From: Ginglymostoma cirratum
Taxonomy: Eukaryota
Direction of reading: 5' to 3'
Assembly: GCA_024137785.1 (NCBI GenBank)
Contig: JAHRHZ010000275.1
Coordinates: 14,217,459 to 14,281,458, forward strand
DNA: 64,000 bases
Shown here piece by piece: positions 12,979-25,566 of the stretch. Under the pieces are notes generated by a model that worked only from the letters and a program-made list of their open reading frames with translations, did no database searches and was not told the DNA's origin. The stretch's first letter is position 1, and the number at the start of each line of letters is the position of its first letter. Position numbers and translations under genes: made by a program.

Positions 12979-13237
12979 ATAACAAGGTGTTGAGCTGGAT
13001 GAACGCAGCAGGCCAAGCAGCATCAGAGGAGCAGGAAGGCGACATTTCGGGCCTAGACCCTTCTTCAGAAAATGCACTTCTGAAGAAGCGTCTAGGGCCG
13101 AAATGTCAGCTTTCCTTCTCCTCTGATGCTGCTTGGCCTGCTGTGTTCATCCAGCTCTACACCTTGTTATCTCAGATTCTCCAGCATCTGCAGTTCCTAC
13201 TATCGCTGAAACAATTTTAACCGCACTGCGAAGCCTC
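12979..13237. mobile_element. Fold-back mini-element of inverted family A pseudo-LTRs with a hammerhead core on each arm
   Basis: Arms 12979-13070 and 13078-13170, 7-nt loop; CTGAAGA...GAAATGTC on both strands; possible ttttgtttg TSD; appears to interrupt a Deu-SINE. Confidence 0.85.
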
Positions 13238-13869
13238 TTTTGTTTGGTTTTTTTAGATGAAAGGTGAAGGATCCCGAATTAGTATTTTAAGAATTGTTCT
13301 CCCTGATATCCTGGCCAACATCAACATTGAGGACAAATTTGCTGCTTTCTACATTCAAATAGTTACTCAGTATCATGGTGTTTTAGTTGGTGTAAAGCAT
13401 TTTGGGATGTCTTGGGAATGTAAGAGCTCCTACGTCAATGCAAATTAGATTCTTCATTTCTAAAGCTTTGCATGTCAGAAAATAGTTTTACTCTTTGCCT
13501 GAGGCAAGTGACACAGGTGGGCCCCCAAGAGAGTTGGCCGGAGCACTTTGATAGCACAGGGCCCAGTTTCCATTCAATGTAAGAGATGGCTGAAATGTTG
13601 GAAACTGTTTCTTCATTATTTTCATTACTATGATCTCTAGTTTGCTCTTGAGCTTTGGCTTTCGGTATTAGCTAATATTGCTGTTCAGTTATTACCTCAC
13701 TAGCTCTAGTGCTTGGTTAATATTTGTATTGCGTTGTGACAAAAGTTTAAAATGAGTAGTGTGTGGTTTACCTATTGCTGTTGCTTTCCCAAGGATCTCC
13801 AAAACAATTAATTTCATTGGATTCACAACACATGCTTGTACGTATTGTAGTGACTGCTTTGATACTTAA

Positions 13870-14390
13870 AATTCATTCATGTGGTAATGGGTGTTGCTGG
13901 CTGGGCCAGCATTTATTACCCATCTTCAGTTTTGTTCGAAGATGATGTGACCTGCCTTCTTCAACCACTGCAGTCCACTTGGTATAGATATATCCAGTGT
14001 TACCGTGAAGAAAGTCAAATTTCCAGAACTAAGCAACAGAGGAGGAACAGTGGTGGTGTTCCCATGCGTTTGCTGTCCTTGTTTGAAAGGTACTGCTGAA
14101 GGAACGTTGAGTTCCTGCAGTGGATGTTAAGTACTGCTGCCACTCTGCATTGACTGAGAGATGTGAATGTTGGTGGTTGGGGATTTTTAAATCAAGCAGG
14201 CCTTTTTGTCCTGGATGGTGTCAAGCTGCTTGTTGTTGGAGTTGCGCTCATTCAGGCAAGTGGACTTTATTCGATCATACTCCTGATTTATGCCTTCTAC
14301 GTGGATAAGTTTTGGGGTGTACTTGCTTCATGACTCCTTGCCTCTGACCTTGCAGTATTTTTCATGGTTTATTGAGATCAGTTTCTGGAC
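13870..14390 (-). mobile_element. Degraded LINE (L2/CR1 group) 3' end
   Basis: attcattcat tail and gggccagcatttatt motif; related segments at ~31700-32010 and ~43600-44640. Confidence 0.5.
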
Positions 14391-16499
14391 TTCCTCATAC
14401 CTGGATGATTCAACAGATTGAAGAGTCAGAGTTGTCACACAGTAGACCTGCATTTGACTCTGGTCTCCAAATTTAAAGACTGTGAGAGTTCAGTCTGCAG
14501 AGATTCTGACCTAAGTTTCTGGCTCAACACTCCTTTGGAGCTCTGAATGCATTCCACAATGGGAGGTGTCATCTGTTTTATTTTAGATTTGAAGTCAAGG
14601 GTTCATCTTTTCTTGGAAGTGTATGGTAAATGATCCCATAGTAATGTTTGAAGAAAGAATAACTGTTCTTCCTGATGTACTGTACAACATTGAACTTCTG
14701 ATACCCAACATTGAAAGAAAGCAGACAGCATTCTAGCTATTCTGCAACCCAACAGTAAAATGAAGCGTGTGTCACGGAATGGATGTGTCACTTTGATTAC
14801 CCTCTCCTTGGATAAACGGTCGACCAATGAAGCTGACCTACTCAGTGGTGAGGATAGAGTGCTGCTGGCCTGTGTGGACCTGATTTGAATTTCAACTTGT
14901 CACCAGGAATACGTCCAGGATGTTTCAGAATGCTGAAATTGTTTTGCTCAATCTTTTGTGCTTTTATAAAACCACATGGGAGAATAGTTCACAGGAAAAT
15001 GATTTGCATATATATAATGCCCTTAATAGGGCCAAGTGCTGGAACACCATCAGTCACCATTTGGTGCCAAATAACAGGAGAAGTTAGGGTTCATGATTTA
15101 AAAAGTTGGTTGAAGAGAGAGGTCTTGTGGAACATTTTCTTTTTCAAAAAAAAAAAGAGACGTGGAGAAGTTTGTCCTGCACTTGAGTTCACAACCTAGG
15201 CAACTGAAAGTAGAGGAATGCCAAAGCCAGAATTGGAGGAGGGGGGAGAGATCTGAGAATTGTAGGTTTGGAGGAGATTAGTGGTATGGAGAAATTTTGT
15301 AAACGAGACATAAGAATTTTTGAATGTTCCTGAATCAGGTGCCAGTATAAAAGGTCTGTGAGCATAGTTGATTGCAGAACACACTTTGGTGTGAGTTAGG
15401 ATATAAGCAACAAAGACATTCTAATATTACAAGATAATTTTCCATTGAAGATATGGTCTGATTTTCAGACAAGACAATTGTGTGAATGTCAATTGGAAGG
15501 TTTGACTGGTATGTGCCTTTTTGTTTTGGCAGCATCCGAAGATTGCATTCAATGTTTTCATCACACCGTCACTGATTCGTAACCCCTTTAATAATGTAGA
15601 TTTTACAGGTGACAGTGGACCCTTTAAATAGAGGCTATGCAGATGTTACTGTTTTGACATGAAGGTTGGAAATGAAATGTAGTAAAGCCTCACCAAGTAC
15701 CGGATGCTTCCTACTGCTCAGACTTGTCAGGGTGATCAATTTTAGCAGAAAATCAGATGGGGTGAACCCCACAGCACTAATTTGGAATTTCCCAATGTCC
15801 TATCCAATGTTTGTTCTTCATACGTGAAGACTGCTATTAACGGAGAGACTTGCAGTCGAAGCTTTCAGATTTGCACTCGTTAAAACAGATGGAACATTGC
15901 CACATATTTAAAGCAAGCAACAAGTTGTGCTGAATAAGAGAGGGTGCTGAGTTGTTGGCCAAGTGTTCCCACGTTAAGGAGGGGAAAATTTCACTTTTTG
16001 TCTTTGGTACCTGGTGATTTCAAATTGCAAATTTTTTGGAGAATATCTTTGGACCTCTAAGGGGACTGATGTGTCACCTATGTACATCAGTCCCCTATGT
16101 CACTAATTAATTCACTAATGTAACATGTACCTAATTACTATCATGAACAGAATGCAGTGTTTTTTTTTTCAGGTGTTGTTTTCTTACCAAGTAACACTAG
16201 TGGATGTTCCCCTACCACTCTAAACAAAAATAGGCAGTTGCCTCTAGTCATGGAAAGAGGAATAGTGACAGCATTCTTCCACTCATAAGTTCACTTTTCT
16301 TTCGTTTGCATTGGTCCAGATGAGTAGACAATCTGTTCCTTCATCTATACAAATGCTGCTCTAGTCCATTTGGATTTTCTGTCAGAGGGCTCACCGTTTA
16401 ATAAACCTGGACTTCAAGATCTATTCATAAAGATATTCTGCCAAAACTATTGGATAAGTGTAAGGCAGTGAACATCTTGGGCCAAACAGGACAGTTAGA

Positions 16500-16860
16500 A
16501 TGAAATTACTAAATGTTGGAAACAGTCAGTAGACCTCAGCGTCTGTGGTGAGAGCATAAAGTTAACGTTTCAGGTCAAAGAACTTTCATCAGAACTAGAT
16601 ATGTTAAAAATGTAACAACAAAGTTTAAGCAAGTACAAAATCAGGGGTGGAAGTGATGGGGGAGATCAGCAGGGAAAGTCCATGGTTGGGCTAAAGTCAG
16701 GAGAATTTAAATTACAAAAGACGCCAATGGAAAACAAAAGGTGGCAGTGATGGAATAAATAAAAACAAAAGGTGTTTAGAAGTGTTAGTGGGCAAAATAG
16801 AATCTTTACAGGGACCAGTCTTTCAAACAATGTTGAAATCATATGCATGTACATGCAAAA
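16500..16860 (-). mobile_element. Older PLE pseudo-LTR with degenerate hammerhead core
   Basis: Reverse complement of 16561-16592 reads CTGATGA-AAGTTCTTTGACCT-GAAACGTTAAC. Confidence 0.55.
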
Positions 16861-19389
16861 CAAGTTGAATGATTGGCAACAGTCAGGCATCAGTTAAGTA
16901 TGTGATATGAAGCTGTGTTGAATTTGAAAAGTCTCCAGGGGTTTAGATGAGTCCCTTCAGAAATGGAAAACTCAAAACCACAATGGTCCAGACAAAACTT
17001 GCAACCGATGGATCAGTGATGGTCAAAGTATAATTCTAATGAATGTAAGGGCTTCGATGTGTTAGATATTATTTGCTTCAATTGAAAGAAATGCTGTGTA
17101 AGAGTTGCAGGAATAATTGTAAACATCAAGTTTAGTTTAGAGAGCAATTAGAAAGTGAATAGACCATTAAAATAATTACGAGACTAGAAATAAACTTCGT
17201 AGAAATAAAGTCTTTCATAATATCAAGACATTTAAAGACATGATACAGCTAATCAATGCTTTTTTGAAGTCTGGTCTCTGGAATATAGGGAACGTGGCAG
17301 CCAAATCACACAGATCAAGGTCCTATAAACTGAAAGGCCAGATGTCACCCCAGAATCCCTTCCTTTCTTTTTGGGAATGATGCTGTGGTATTCATTTCTC
17401 ATGGAGCCCAATGGGTTTCTGCTTTAACACATCATCCAAAAGATGATCCTGTTGACATGGAGTCTTTGGAGTGGACTCTGTCCTTTGAATCAAACCATGG
17501 GCATTCATACTACCAACATCATGGAACATCCTCTATCTGCATGGGGAATTGGTCAAAGGGAGCAGCAAACTAGAACAGAGAGTAGCTTTGATCTTCAACC
17601 CTCTGCATTTGGATTTTCCTGCTTGGAAGAAGTTGTGTGTAATGAGGTTGAAGGGGTAATTGAAGACCTTGAGTACTTAACTGTCTCAATAGAGCGAGTT
17701 GGTCTTCCCTCCTGGACTGTAGTTGTGCACCTGTCATGTTGTTGGTATTTTGATGCAGAACACAGCCAGGAATGGGAAACCACAAGCAACTGTACTCGCT
17801 CCCAGCTTGCCATTTGATGCACTGTGCCAATGGATCCCAAAAAGGAAAATCTCCAATCGAGGCTTTGTCCCAAATCAGCATTATCATTCAACTACAGATA
17901 GTTCATTGTATTGTAGATTAGTTTTTGATGTAGTATGCAACTATTTCCAGTTCACTGGGCCTTGGCCATTCTGCAGAGAAAGGGGTGGAAGCATACATAA
18001 GCGGGTGCACAGATATTAGAGTTGACCTTTGACTTTGGATGCTTGAGACCTGAGGAAAGACTGTGACAACTCTGACCCTTTTAAAGGAATCAAATGATTA
18101 AGAACCATTTTTTTTTGAGATGTATATGTCTACCAGCTAAGTAGAGAAGAAAAGTTCATTTCATTTTAGATAAAGTTATGCTAAGACCATTCCTCAGAAC
18201 AAGACTGCATGATTGGAAACTGGAATAAGTTTCTAGCTTTGGTAAGACCATGCTTGGAGTCCTTGCATAATTCTGATGCTTTTACACAGAAAAAGATAAA
18301 GAAGCTCAGGAGAATTTAGAATAAAAGATTTACAAAAACTATACCACAACCAACAGATGATAACAATCCAGACAGATTAAATATGTTAGGACTGTCTTCT
18401 CAAGGAACCAAAAAATTGACTTGGTAAAGGTTCTGAAAATTTATGAAGTGATTTGTTAGAGTTGATATTGAGCATAAGTCGTGTTTCAGTTCACTGGAGT
18501 AGTGCGCTTGAAATCGAGCCCTACTATTCCTGCAGTTGAAACAAAAGTAAGATTTTATAAGGCTTCCAAAGTTCCCCAATTTACCCGAATTTCACACCCA
18601 GATTGATTTTTAAAAAGTGCACACCAAATTCAGTACTGAAGGATTGCTTTTATTACAAGTAGTTAGACTGTAGCTACAGCTAAGCATTTATAAACCACTG
18701 GCATATGATGCTACTAATTTAAAAACTCTCCTCGACTTACAAACAAATGGTTGAAAATAAGTTATGGCAGAGGGCAAAGGTGGCAAGTCAGTTCAGTAGT
18801 CTGTGTTACCGAGTTATGTTGTTGAAATGACCCTTTAATTCTGCTGCTGGGCAGCACATCAGTCACTTTCTCTGGGTACTTCTACTAATTGGTAAGAGAT
18901 AAATGTTGGCCGGTTCACATAACAAAGTCTGACTTGTCAATTAAAAGTCACAGCTACAACTATCACAGGAAACATGGGCTGGTTTTCTTTGGCTTTACAG
19001 TAAGTTTTGACTGCAGATATAGAGCCTCTTCCTGAGCTGGGGAAGAATTGAACATCCCTGTCTTTCTGTAACTTGTTCCCAGCTCAAAGCTGTTCAATTA
19101 CCTGAGAATCAGGAAGGTAAAAGGCCTGTCATCTACAACCAGTCCTTAGTCTATAAATCAATCAAATTGTTGCTGGCGAAAGCTACATCTCACACTCCTT
19201 TATTGTCCACAGCTCAATTGTAGTTGTTGCTTGTTCAAACTGTTGTTTCTATGATGCTTGCCATGAGTTACTTCCTTTTTCAAAACTACATCCATCCTTT
19301 TAAACAGGTCTTTCTCATTTAAGTCTGCCATGTTTAAAAAAATACAAAATAAAAAGACATCATCTTTACTGGTGGAATCCAAAACTGCG

Positions 19390-20302
19390 CCACCTCCATA
19401 ACACTCAACATTGGAGCCTCCCAAGAATGCATCCTCAGCCTCCTACTGTACTCCCCCCTACACCTATGACTGTGTTGCCAAATTCAAAACAAACACCATT
19501 GACGGGTTCACTGACGACACCACTGTAGTAGGACAGATATCTAACAACGACAAGTCAAAATGCAGAAGGGAGATAGAGGGTTTGGTGACATGGCGCAGTG
19601 AAAACAATATGTCTCAACGTCAGCAAAACTAAAGAACCGACCACGGACTTCAGAATGAAAGGAGAACACTCTCCCATCTACATCAACAGAACTGAAGTTG
19701 AGAGGGTGAACAGCATCAAGTTGCTCGAGTGATGGTAATCAACAACCTGTCCTGGACTTCCCGTGTAGATGTGACAGTCAAGAAAGCACAACAACACCTC
19801 TTCTTTCTCAGGTGGCTCAGGAAATTTGGCATGTCCATAAGGCCCCACACCAACTTCTACAGATGCGCCCCTGAAAGCATACTGTCCAGGTGCATGACAG
19901 CCTGGTATGGCAACTGCTCTGTCCAGGGCCATAAACTACAGAAGATTGTGTGCCCATCCCAGAAGCCAACCTTCCATCCACGGACTCTATTTACACGACT
20001 CGCTGCCGCGGATAGGCGGCCAACATCATCAAAGACCCATCGCACCCTGGTAATGACCTCCTCCAACCCCTTCCGTCAGGCAGAAGGTACAGAAGTCCGA
20101 ACACGCGCACAAGCAAGTTCAGGAACAGCTTTGTTCTGGCTGTTAACAGACTGTTGAATGGACTCTAGCCTCAAATAATGTAACCTGTATGCCTCTAAGT
20201 CTTTTTGATCTGTGCATCCTATGCTTGCTGTCATCTGCCTGTACTGCTTGTAAACAAAGCTTTTTAATGTATTTTGGTACACTTGACAATAAAATCAATC
20301 AA
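19390..20302 (+). mobile_element. Rex1/Babar-type LINE, 5'-truncated and frameshifted
   Basis: YTYDCVAKFKTNTI..FTDDTTVVGQISNND; KKAQQHLFFLRWLRKFG; ESILSRCMTAWYGNCS; ends aataaaatcaatcaa. Confidence 0.8.
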
Positions 20303-22374
20303 CTAGTCATAAACGTGAAGGCCACCTGACCAGTGCATCTGTAAAGAATTCAGGAAAAATCCCTTTACCTAAAGAATGATGAGAATTTGAACTTTGCTAC
20401 CATCTTGACTAGTTGGGGTGAATAGCAAAGATGTACTTCAGGGAAAGTTAGGTAAGTAGACAGGAGAGAATAGAAGGATGTGGTAATCGGGTTAATGGAG
20501 TAGAACAGGAGGTAGCTTGTGGAAGCACAGACACTGACATGGACTAGTTATGACAATTGGCCTGTGCCTGTACAAATTCTGTGTAATACTGCAAGTTCAG
20601 TACTTCCTAATATTAGGAAGGTCCACATCAGAAAGCAGTGATTTTTAAATTGGCTCCACTGGGGGAGATGAAATGAACATTTTGTTCGTTTGTTAGCTTT
20701 TACTGAAGGAAGCTTTTTATTTTGTATTTAATCAGCACAGGTGCAAGGTACCAAATCTCAAAGAGAAACCATTTTCTTCTGCATGAGAAAAGGGTGCTGA
20801 TTGGTCCCACCCACCGCCTCCAACCTCATCGTTCCCCAACCCCGCACCGCCCGCTTCTATCTCCTCCCCAAAATCCACAAACCTGAATGCCCTGGTCGAC
20901 CCATTGTCTCCGCCTGCTCCTGCCCCACCGAACTCATCTCCACCTACCTAGACTCCATTTTCACCCCCTTGGTCCAGGAACTCCCTACCTACGTCCGTGA
21001 CACCACCCACGCCCTCCACCTCCTCCAGAACTTCCAATTCCCAGGTCCCCAACACCTCATTTTTACTATGGACGTCCAGTCCCTATATACCTGTATTCCC
21101 CATGCTGATGGCCTAAAGGCCCTCCGCTTCTTCCTGTCCCGCAGAACGGACCAATCCCCCTCCACCGACACCCTCATCCGCCTAGCCGAACTCGTCCTCA
21201 CCCTCAACAACTTTTCTTTCAATTCCTCCCACTTCCTACAAACAAAGGGTGTGGCCATGGGTACCCGCATGGGTCCAAGCTATGCCTGCCTCTTCGTAGG
21301 TTATGTGGAACAATCCCTCTTCCGTACCTACACTGGCCCTAAACCCCACCTCTTCCTCCGTTACATTGATGACTGCATCGGCGCCGCCTCGTGCTCCCAC
21401 GAGGAGCTCGAACAGTTCATCCAATTCACCAACACTTTCCACCCCAACCTGAAGTTCACCTGGACCATCTCTAACACTTCTCTCTCCTTCCTGGACCTCT
21501 CTGTCTCCATCTCGGGCAACCACCTAGAGACAGATGTCCATTTCAAGCCCACTGACTCCCACAGCTACCTGGAATACACCTCCTCCCACCCACCCTCCTG
21601 CAAAAATGCCATCCCCTATTCCCAATTCCTTCGCCTCCGCCGCATCTGTTCCCAGGATGAGACTTTCCAATCCCGCACATCTCAAATGTCCTCATTCTTC
21701 AAGGACCGCAACTTCCCCCCGACAGTGGTCGAGAACGCCCTCGACCGTGTCTCCCGCATTTCCCGGAACACATCCCTCACGCCCCGTCCCCGCAACAATA
21801 ATCAAAAAAGAATCCCCCTCGTCCTCACATACCACCCCACCAACCTCCGGATCCAACGCATCATCCTCCGACACTTCCGCCATCTACAGTCAGACCCCAC
21901 CACCAAAGACATCTTTCCCTCCCCACCCTTATCTGCCTTCCGGAGGGACCACTCCCTCCGCGACTCCCTTGTCCGCGCCACACTCCCCTCCAGCCCCACC
22001 ACACCCGGCACTTTTCCTTGTAACCGCAGGAAGTGCTACACCTGCCCCCACACCTCCTCCCTCACCCCAATCCCAGGCCCCAAGAAGACATTCCACATCA
22101 GGCAGAGGTTCACCTGCACATCTGCCAATGTGGTATACTGCATCCGCTGTACCCGTTGTGGCTTCCTCTACATCGGGGAAACCAAGCGGAGGCTTGGGGA
22201 CCGCTTTGCAGAACACCTGCGCTCAGTTCGCAACAAACAACTGCACCTCCCAGTCGCGAACCATTTCAACTCCCCCTCCCATTCCTCAGATGACATGTCC
22301 ATCCTTGGCCTCCTACAATGCCACAGTGATGCCACCCGAAGGCTGCAGGAACAGCAAATCATATTCAGCCTGGA

Positions 22375-22474
22375 NNNNNNNNNNNNNNNNNNNNNNNNNN
22401 NNNNNNNNNNNNNNNNNNNNNNNNNNNNNNNNNNNNNNNNNNNNNNNNNNNNNNNNNNNNNNNNNNNNNNNNNN
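22375..22474. other. Assembly gap (100 N)
   Basis: Run of exactly 100 N at the ORF end/pseudo-LTR junction of the PLE. Confidence 0.99.
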
Positions 22475-22662
22475 CTTGACCTGTCCGTCCTCCCTGGACT
22501 GACCTATCTCCTCCCTACCCCCCTACCTACACTCACCTTTACTGGCTCCATCCCCGCCTCTTCGACTTGTCTGCCTCCTCTCCACCTATCCTCTCCTCTA
22601 TCCATCCTCTATCCACCTCCCCCTCTCTCCCTATTTATTTCAGAACCCTCTTCCCCTCCCCC

Positions 22663-22698
22663 ATTTCTGATGAAGGGTTTAGGCCCGAAACGTCAAGT
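22663..22698 (+). ncRNA. Minimal hammerhead ribozyme motif in PLE pseudo-LTR
   Basis: attt-CTGATGA-A-GGGT-ttag-GCCC-GAAAC-GTC-aagt; core intact, loopless stem III. Confidence 0.65.
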
Positions 22699-23142
22699 TT
22701 TCCTGCTCCTATGATGCTGCTTGACCTGCTGTGTTCATCCAGCCCCACGCTTGTTATCTCGGTGCTGATTGGTTGTTGGGCAAGTTCAACACAACTGATG
22801 AGTTACCATGGGGATTGCAACAGGAAACAATTGTCTCAAACTTGTTTAATTCAGAAGAAAAAGCACAATACCTGGAATGTGCTTTTTCTCCTGCAGCAGA
22901 TTAGCTCCTGTGTGCGAAATATATGTAGCTTTTAGCAACTGTAAATGAGCCACATTGTGAGCCCAACTGGTCCCCTAGTGACTGATTTAAAAGTAATTCT
23001 TTGTGCGCTCTGGTATGAATTAAGGAGTTCTTATTTATAATGGATTTGAGGAAGAGTTGAAAGAATATGGGTGAGTTTGGACTTGATGATATTGTCTGTG
23101 TCCTGCATTGCACTATAATTTTTGTTTCTTTTGTGTTGTTAG

Positions 23143-23243
23143 GACTATCTTGACTGCATCACTGACCAATCACGGCTCCCACTGGGGACAGAAGAACGCT
23201 TGGCTCTGTTTGGAAACATCAGAGATATCTATCAATTTAACAG
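23143..23243 (+). CDS. PLEKHG1: PLEKHG1-like exon (DH domain)
   Basis: ttAG|GAC...AAC AG|GTGAGC; [33 protein letters not shown]; phase 0 to 2. Confidence 0.95.
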
Positions 23244-23737
23244 GTGAGCGAATCCTGATCCACTGAACTCAGCAAGGCTCCTGATTTGTAAATGCAAATT
23301 AAAGTTCAAACATGCAAGTAACCAGCTGACTCTAATTCAGCATTCCCTGTTCCAAATTGAGTGATTTCTTTTTTGATATAAAGTATTGGGTCATCAATAA
23401 GTCAGGTTCATGTCAGTACTGACTGTGGGAGTATTTCTTGTATGGTCCTGACTTTAATTGCTGCAACATTGATCATACTTTAAGCTGCTAATGTTTTGAA
23501 GACCTGAAATTCCTTCCCACTGTCTTTTTCTTCCCCACAATGTTCCTGAAAACCCACCTCTTCCAACAAATTTCTGACCATTTGTCTTGATTGAGATCCA
23601 TAGGACAACAATGGCAATATTTACTTAATTAAAAATTGTCTGAAGAACTGAGAGATGCTGGATTATGTTCTACCTGCATGATTTAAATTTGTTGAATTCA
23701 CTGAGCAACAAGCAGCACGAAGGGAAACAAAACTTGG

Positions 23738-24145
23738 GGTGACACAGTGGTTAGCACTGCTGCCTCTCAGCTCCAGGAACCCAGGTTTGATTCCAACCTC
23801 TGAGGCGGTGTGTCTCTGTGTGGAGTTTGCACATTCTCCCCATGTCTGTGGGGTTTCTGCTGGGTGCTCAGGTTTCCTCCTACAATCCAAAGATGTGCAG
23901 GCTAGGTGGATTGTGTGTAGTGTCATAGAAACATTGGAACAGGAGGAGACCATTTGGCCCTTTTGAGCCTGCTCCACCATTCATCACGATCGTGGCTAAT
24001 CGTCCAACTCAAGGGATGTGCAGGCTAGCTGGATTAGCTATGGTAAAATGAGGGGTGTGGGTCTGGCTGGGATGCTCTTCAGAGGGTTGGTGCAGACTTG
24101 ATGGGCTGAATTGCCCCAATCTGCATTGTAGGGTTTCTGTGATTC
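23738..24145 (+). mobile_element. HE1-like V-SINE, interrupted at ~23915-24010
   Basis: tRNA-derived head (cagtggttagcactgctgcctc...ggtttgattcc) and V core (gtgtggagtttgcacattctcccc...tccaaagatgtgcagg). Confidence 0.8.
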
Positions 24146-24539
24146 TAATAACACAAATATCTTCACTGTTATGTATGATTAGGAAGGTCTTGAAGGCTGA
24201 AAGGAGTGTTAAGATGTTTGTGTAATCATAGAATTTGATAGTATAGAGGAAAGTCTTTTTCAGAGATCCAGCAATAGGAGAGGGCAAAGTGTTCACTTTA
24301 TCACATTCTCCTCATTCCTACTTTTCTTAACTTACACGTGTTTATTTAAGATTCTGCTTATAAAATCTCACATGGAGACCACGCAGCTAATTTGTGCCCA
24401 TGCTTACCTCTTGAAACAGCTAACTAGTTAGTCCCATTTGTTATTTCTCTAACACTCTAACTTTTTAAGTATGTATCCATTTTGTGTAAATTTCTAATGA
24501 ATTTCCACTTGCCTCCAATAATGTTTTGTCTTCATACTT

Positions 24540-24880
24540 TCCACAACTTCAAGACTTTCCAAAGCACCTTTGTGACCTGCGAAGTACTACTTTGTAGTGT
24601 GGTCGCCTTCTGTAATACAGGAAATATGGAAGCTAATTTTGCTGCAGAAACAGCCTAGAAAAAAACAGTATGATAGTGTAATCTGCTTGTGGTGTTGGTT
24701 GACTGGTAGATATTGGTTAGGACAATTGTTTTCTGACCGCACCCCCCACTGCTTCCAATAAGGGTAGGTTGGCCTTTGCCTGTAGTCACATCCTGAAGGC
24801 ATCTGCTCTGACAGTGTAGCCTGAAGTCTGCCTGAATGATGGGCTCAAGTTGTGGAGACAAGCAATAGCACTGAAATGAA
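24540..24880 (-). mobile_element. Degenerate Deu-domain SINE
   Basis: Reverse complement of the Deu-SINE 3' half (ccaaagcac...gaagtact...tgtaatacaggaaatatgg). Confidence 0.45.
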
Positions 24881-25566
24881 GCTGATCGTTTTAAAAGTGA
24901 AGCATTTACTGTTTTTGAACATGTCATATCAAGTAGACAGGGAATAACATAAAAGCATTAAATAAAAGTAAACAACACCTGATGTTGCCTACCTAAACCC
25001 ATGTTATTATCAGGCATCTGAACACAAATTGGAAAACAAGTATACTTGCAGCTGTGTTATTACGATGGCTGCGCACTGTTTGGTCTCTTTCTTCGTCTGT
25101 TTACTGTTGCACTCCCAGCAGCTTTCATAAACCATAAAAGTTGTTTTAGAAGATGTAGACTGCAGCCAGAATTTATTTTCTCCCAGACTAGTTTGGGGTG
25201 GGGGTGAGATTGGGGAAAAGAAAACAACTTTTGAGAAAGGGTACTGAATATGTACAGAACTTCCTCTTGGGATAATGTGATGTGACTCATGCTTTCCTCC
25301 AGTATTGGGGCCATGGCTTCTCCATTTTTATTTCTAAATGATTTGGAAATGGAGAACTGTATAATTTAAGTTTATTACACTTGTGTTGGGTGGTACAGCA
25401 AGTAATGTATACGTAAGCTGGAGGATTCAAAGAAACATTGATAGAACCTTGTCTGTAGAAGAATGTCATCTGCTTTGGGGATTAAAAAGGGATATAAGAA
25501 GGATCGGGGGTTTTTTCCCCAGAAATTTCTAGTAGCAGCCTTGAGAAACAACTGTTTGACTTGCCA

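Larger units (their letters stand above)
20806..22760 (+). mobile_element. Young 5'-truncated Neptune-type Penelope-like retroelement (RT, Cys linker, GIY-YIG endonuclease, pseudo-LTR)
   Basis: Open frame with FYLLPKIHK, GRPIVS, MDVQSLYT, GVAMGTRMGPSYA, RYIDD, CNRRKCYTC, NVVYCIRC..YIGETKRRLGDRFAEH; flanked by ggtgctgattggt at 20793-20805 and 22761-22773. Confidence 0.95.

Noticed and set aside
17520-18050. Cluster of overlapping ~100-aa ORFs on both strands
   Set aside because: No clear motif; at best a very decayed RTE-like LINE that I cannot support
18974-19005. ATG GGC TGG...CA|GTAAGT as an alternative first exon
   Set aside because: Phase 2 is incompatible with the next exon (phase 0), and it would truncate the DH domain
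21534-22502. 322-aa Pro/Ser/Thr-rich overlapping ORF and antisense ORFs
   Set aside because: Explained by the C-rich codon usage of the PLE RT strand; no independent evidence
20801-22714. 637-aa ORF as a complete protein or domesticated gene
   Set aside because: Its start lies in the TSD, it is 5'-truncated, and it only extends past 22374 by reading through Ns into non-coding pseudo-LTR
23738-23800. tRNA gene
   Set aside because: A/B-box-like sequence is a SINE head continuing into the V core; no full cloverleaf
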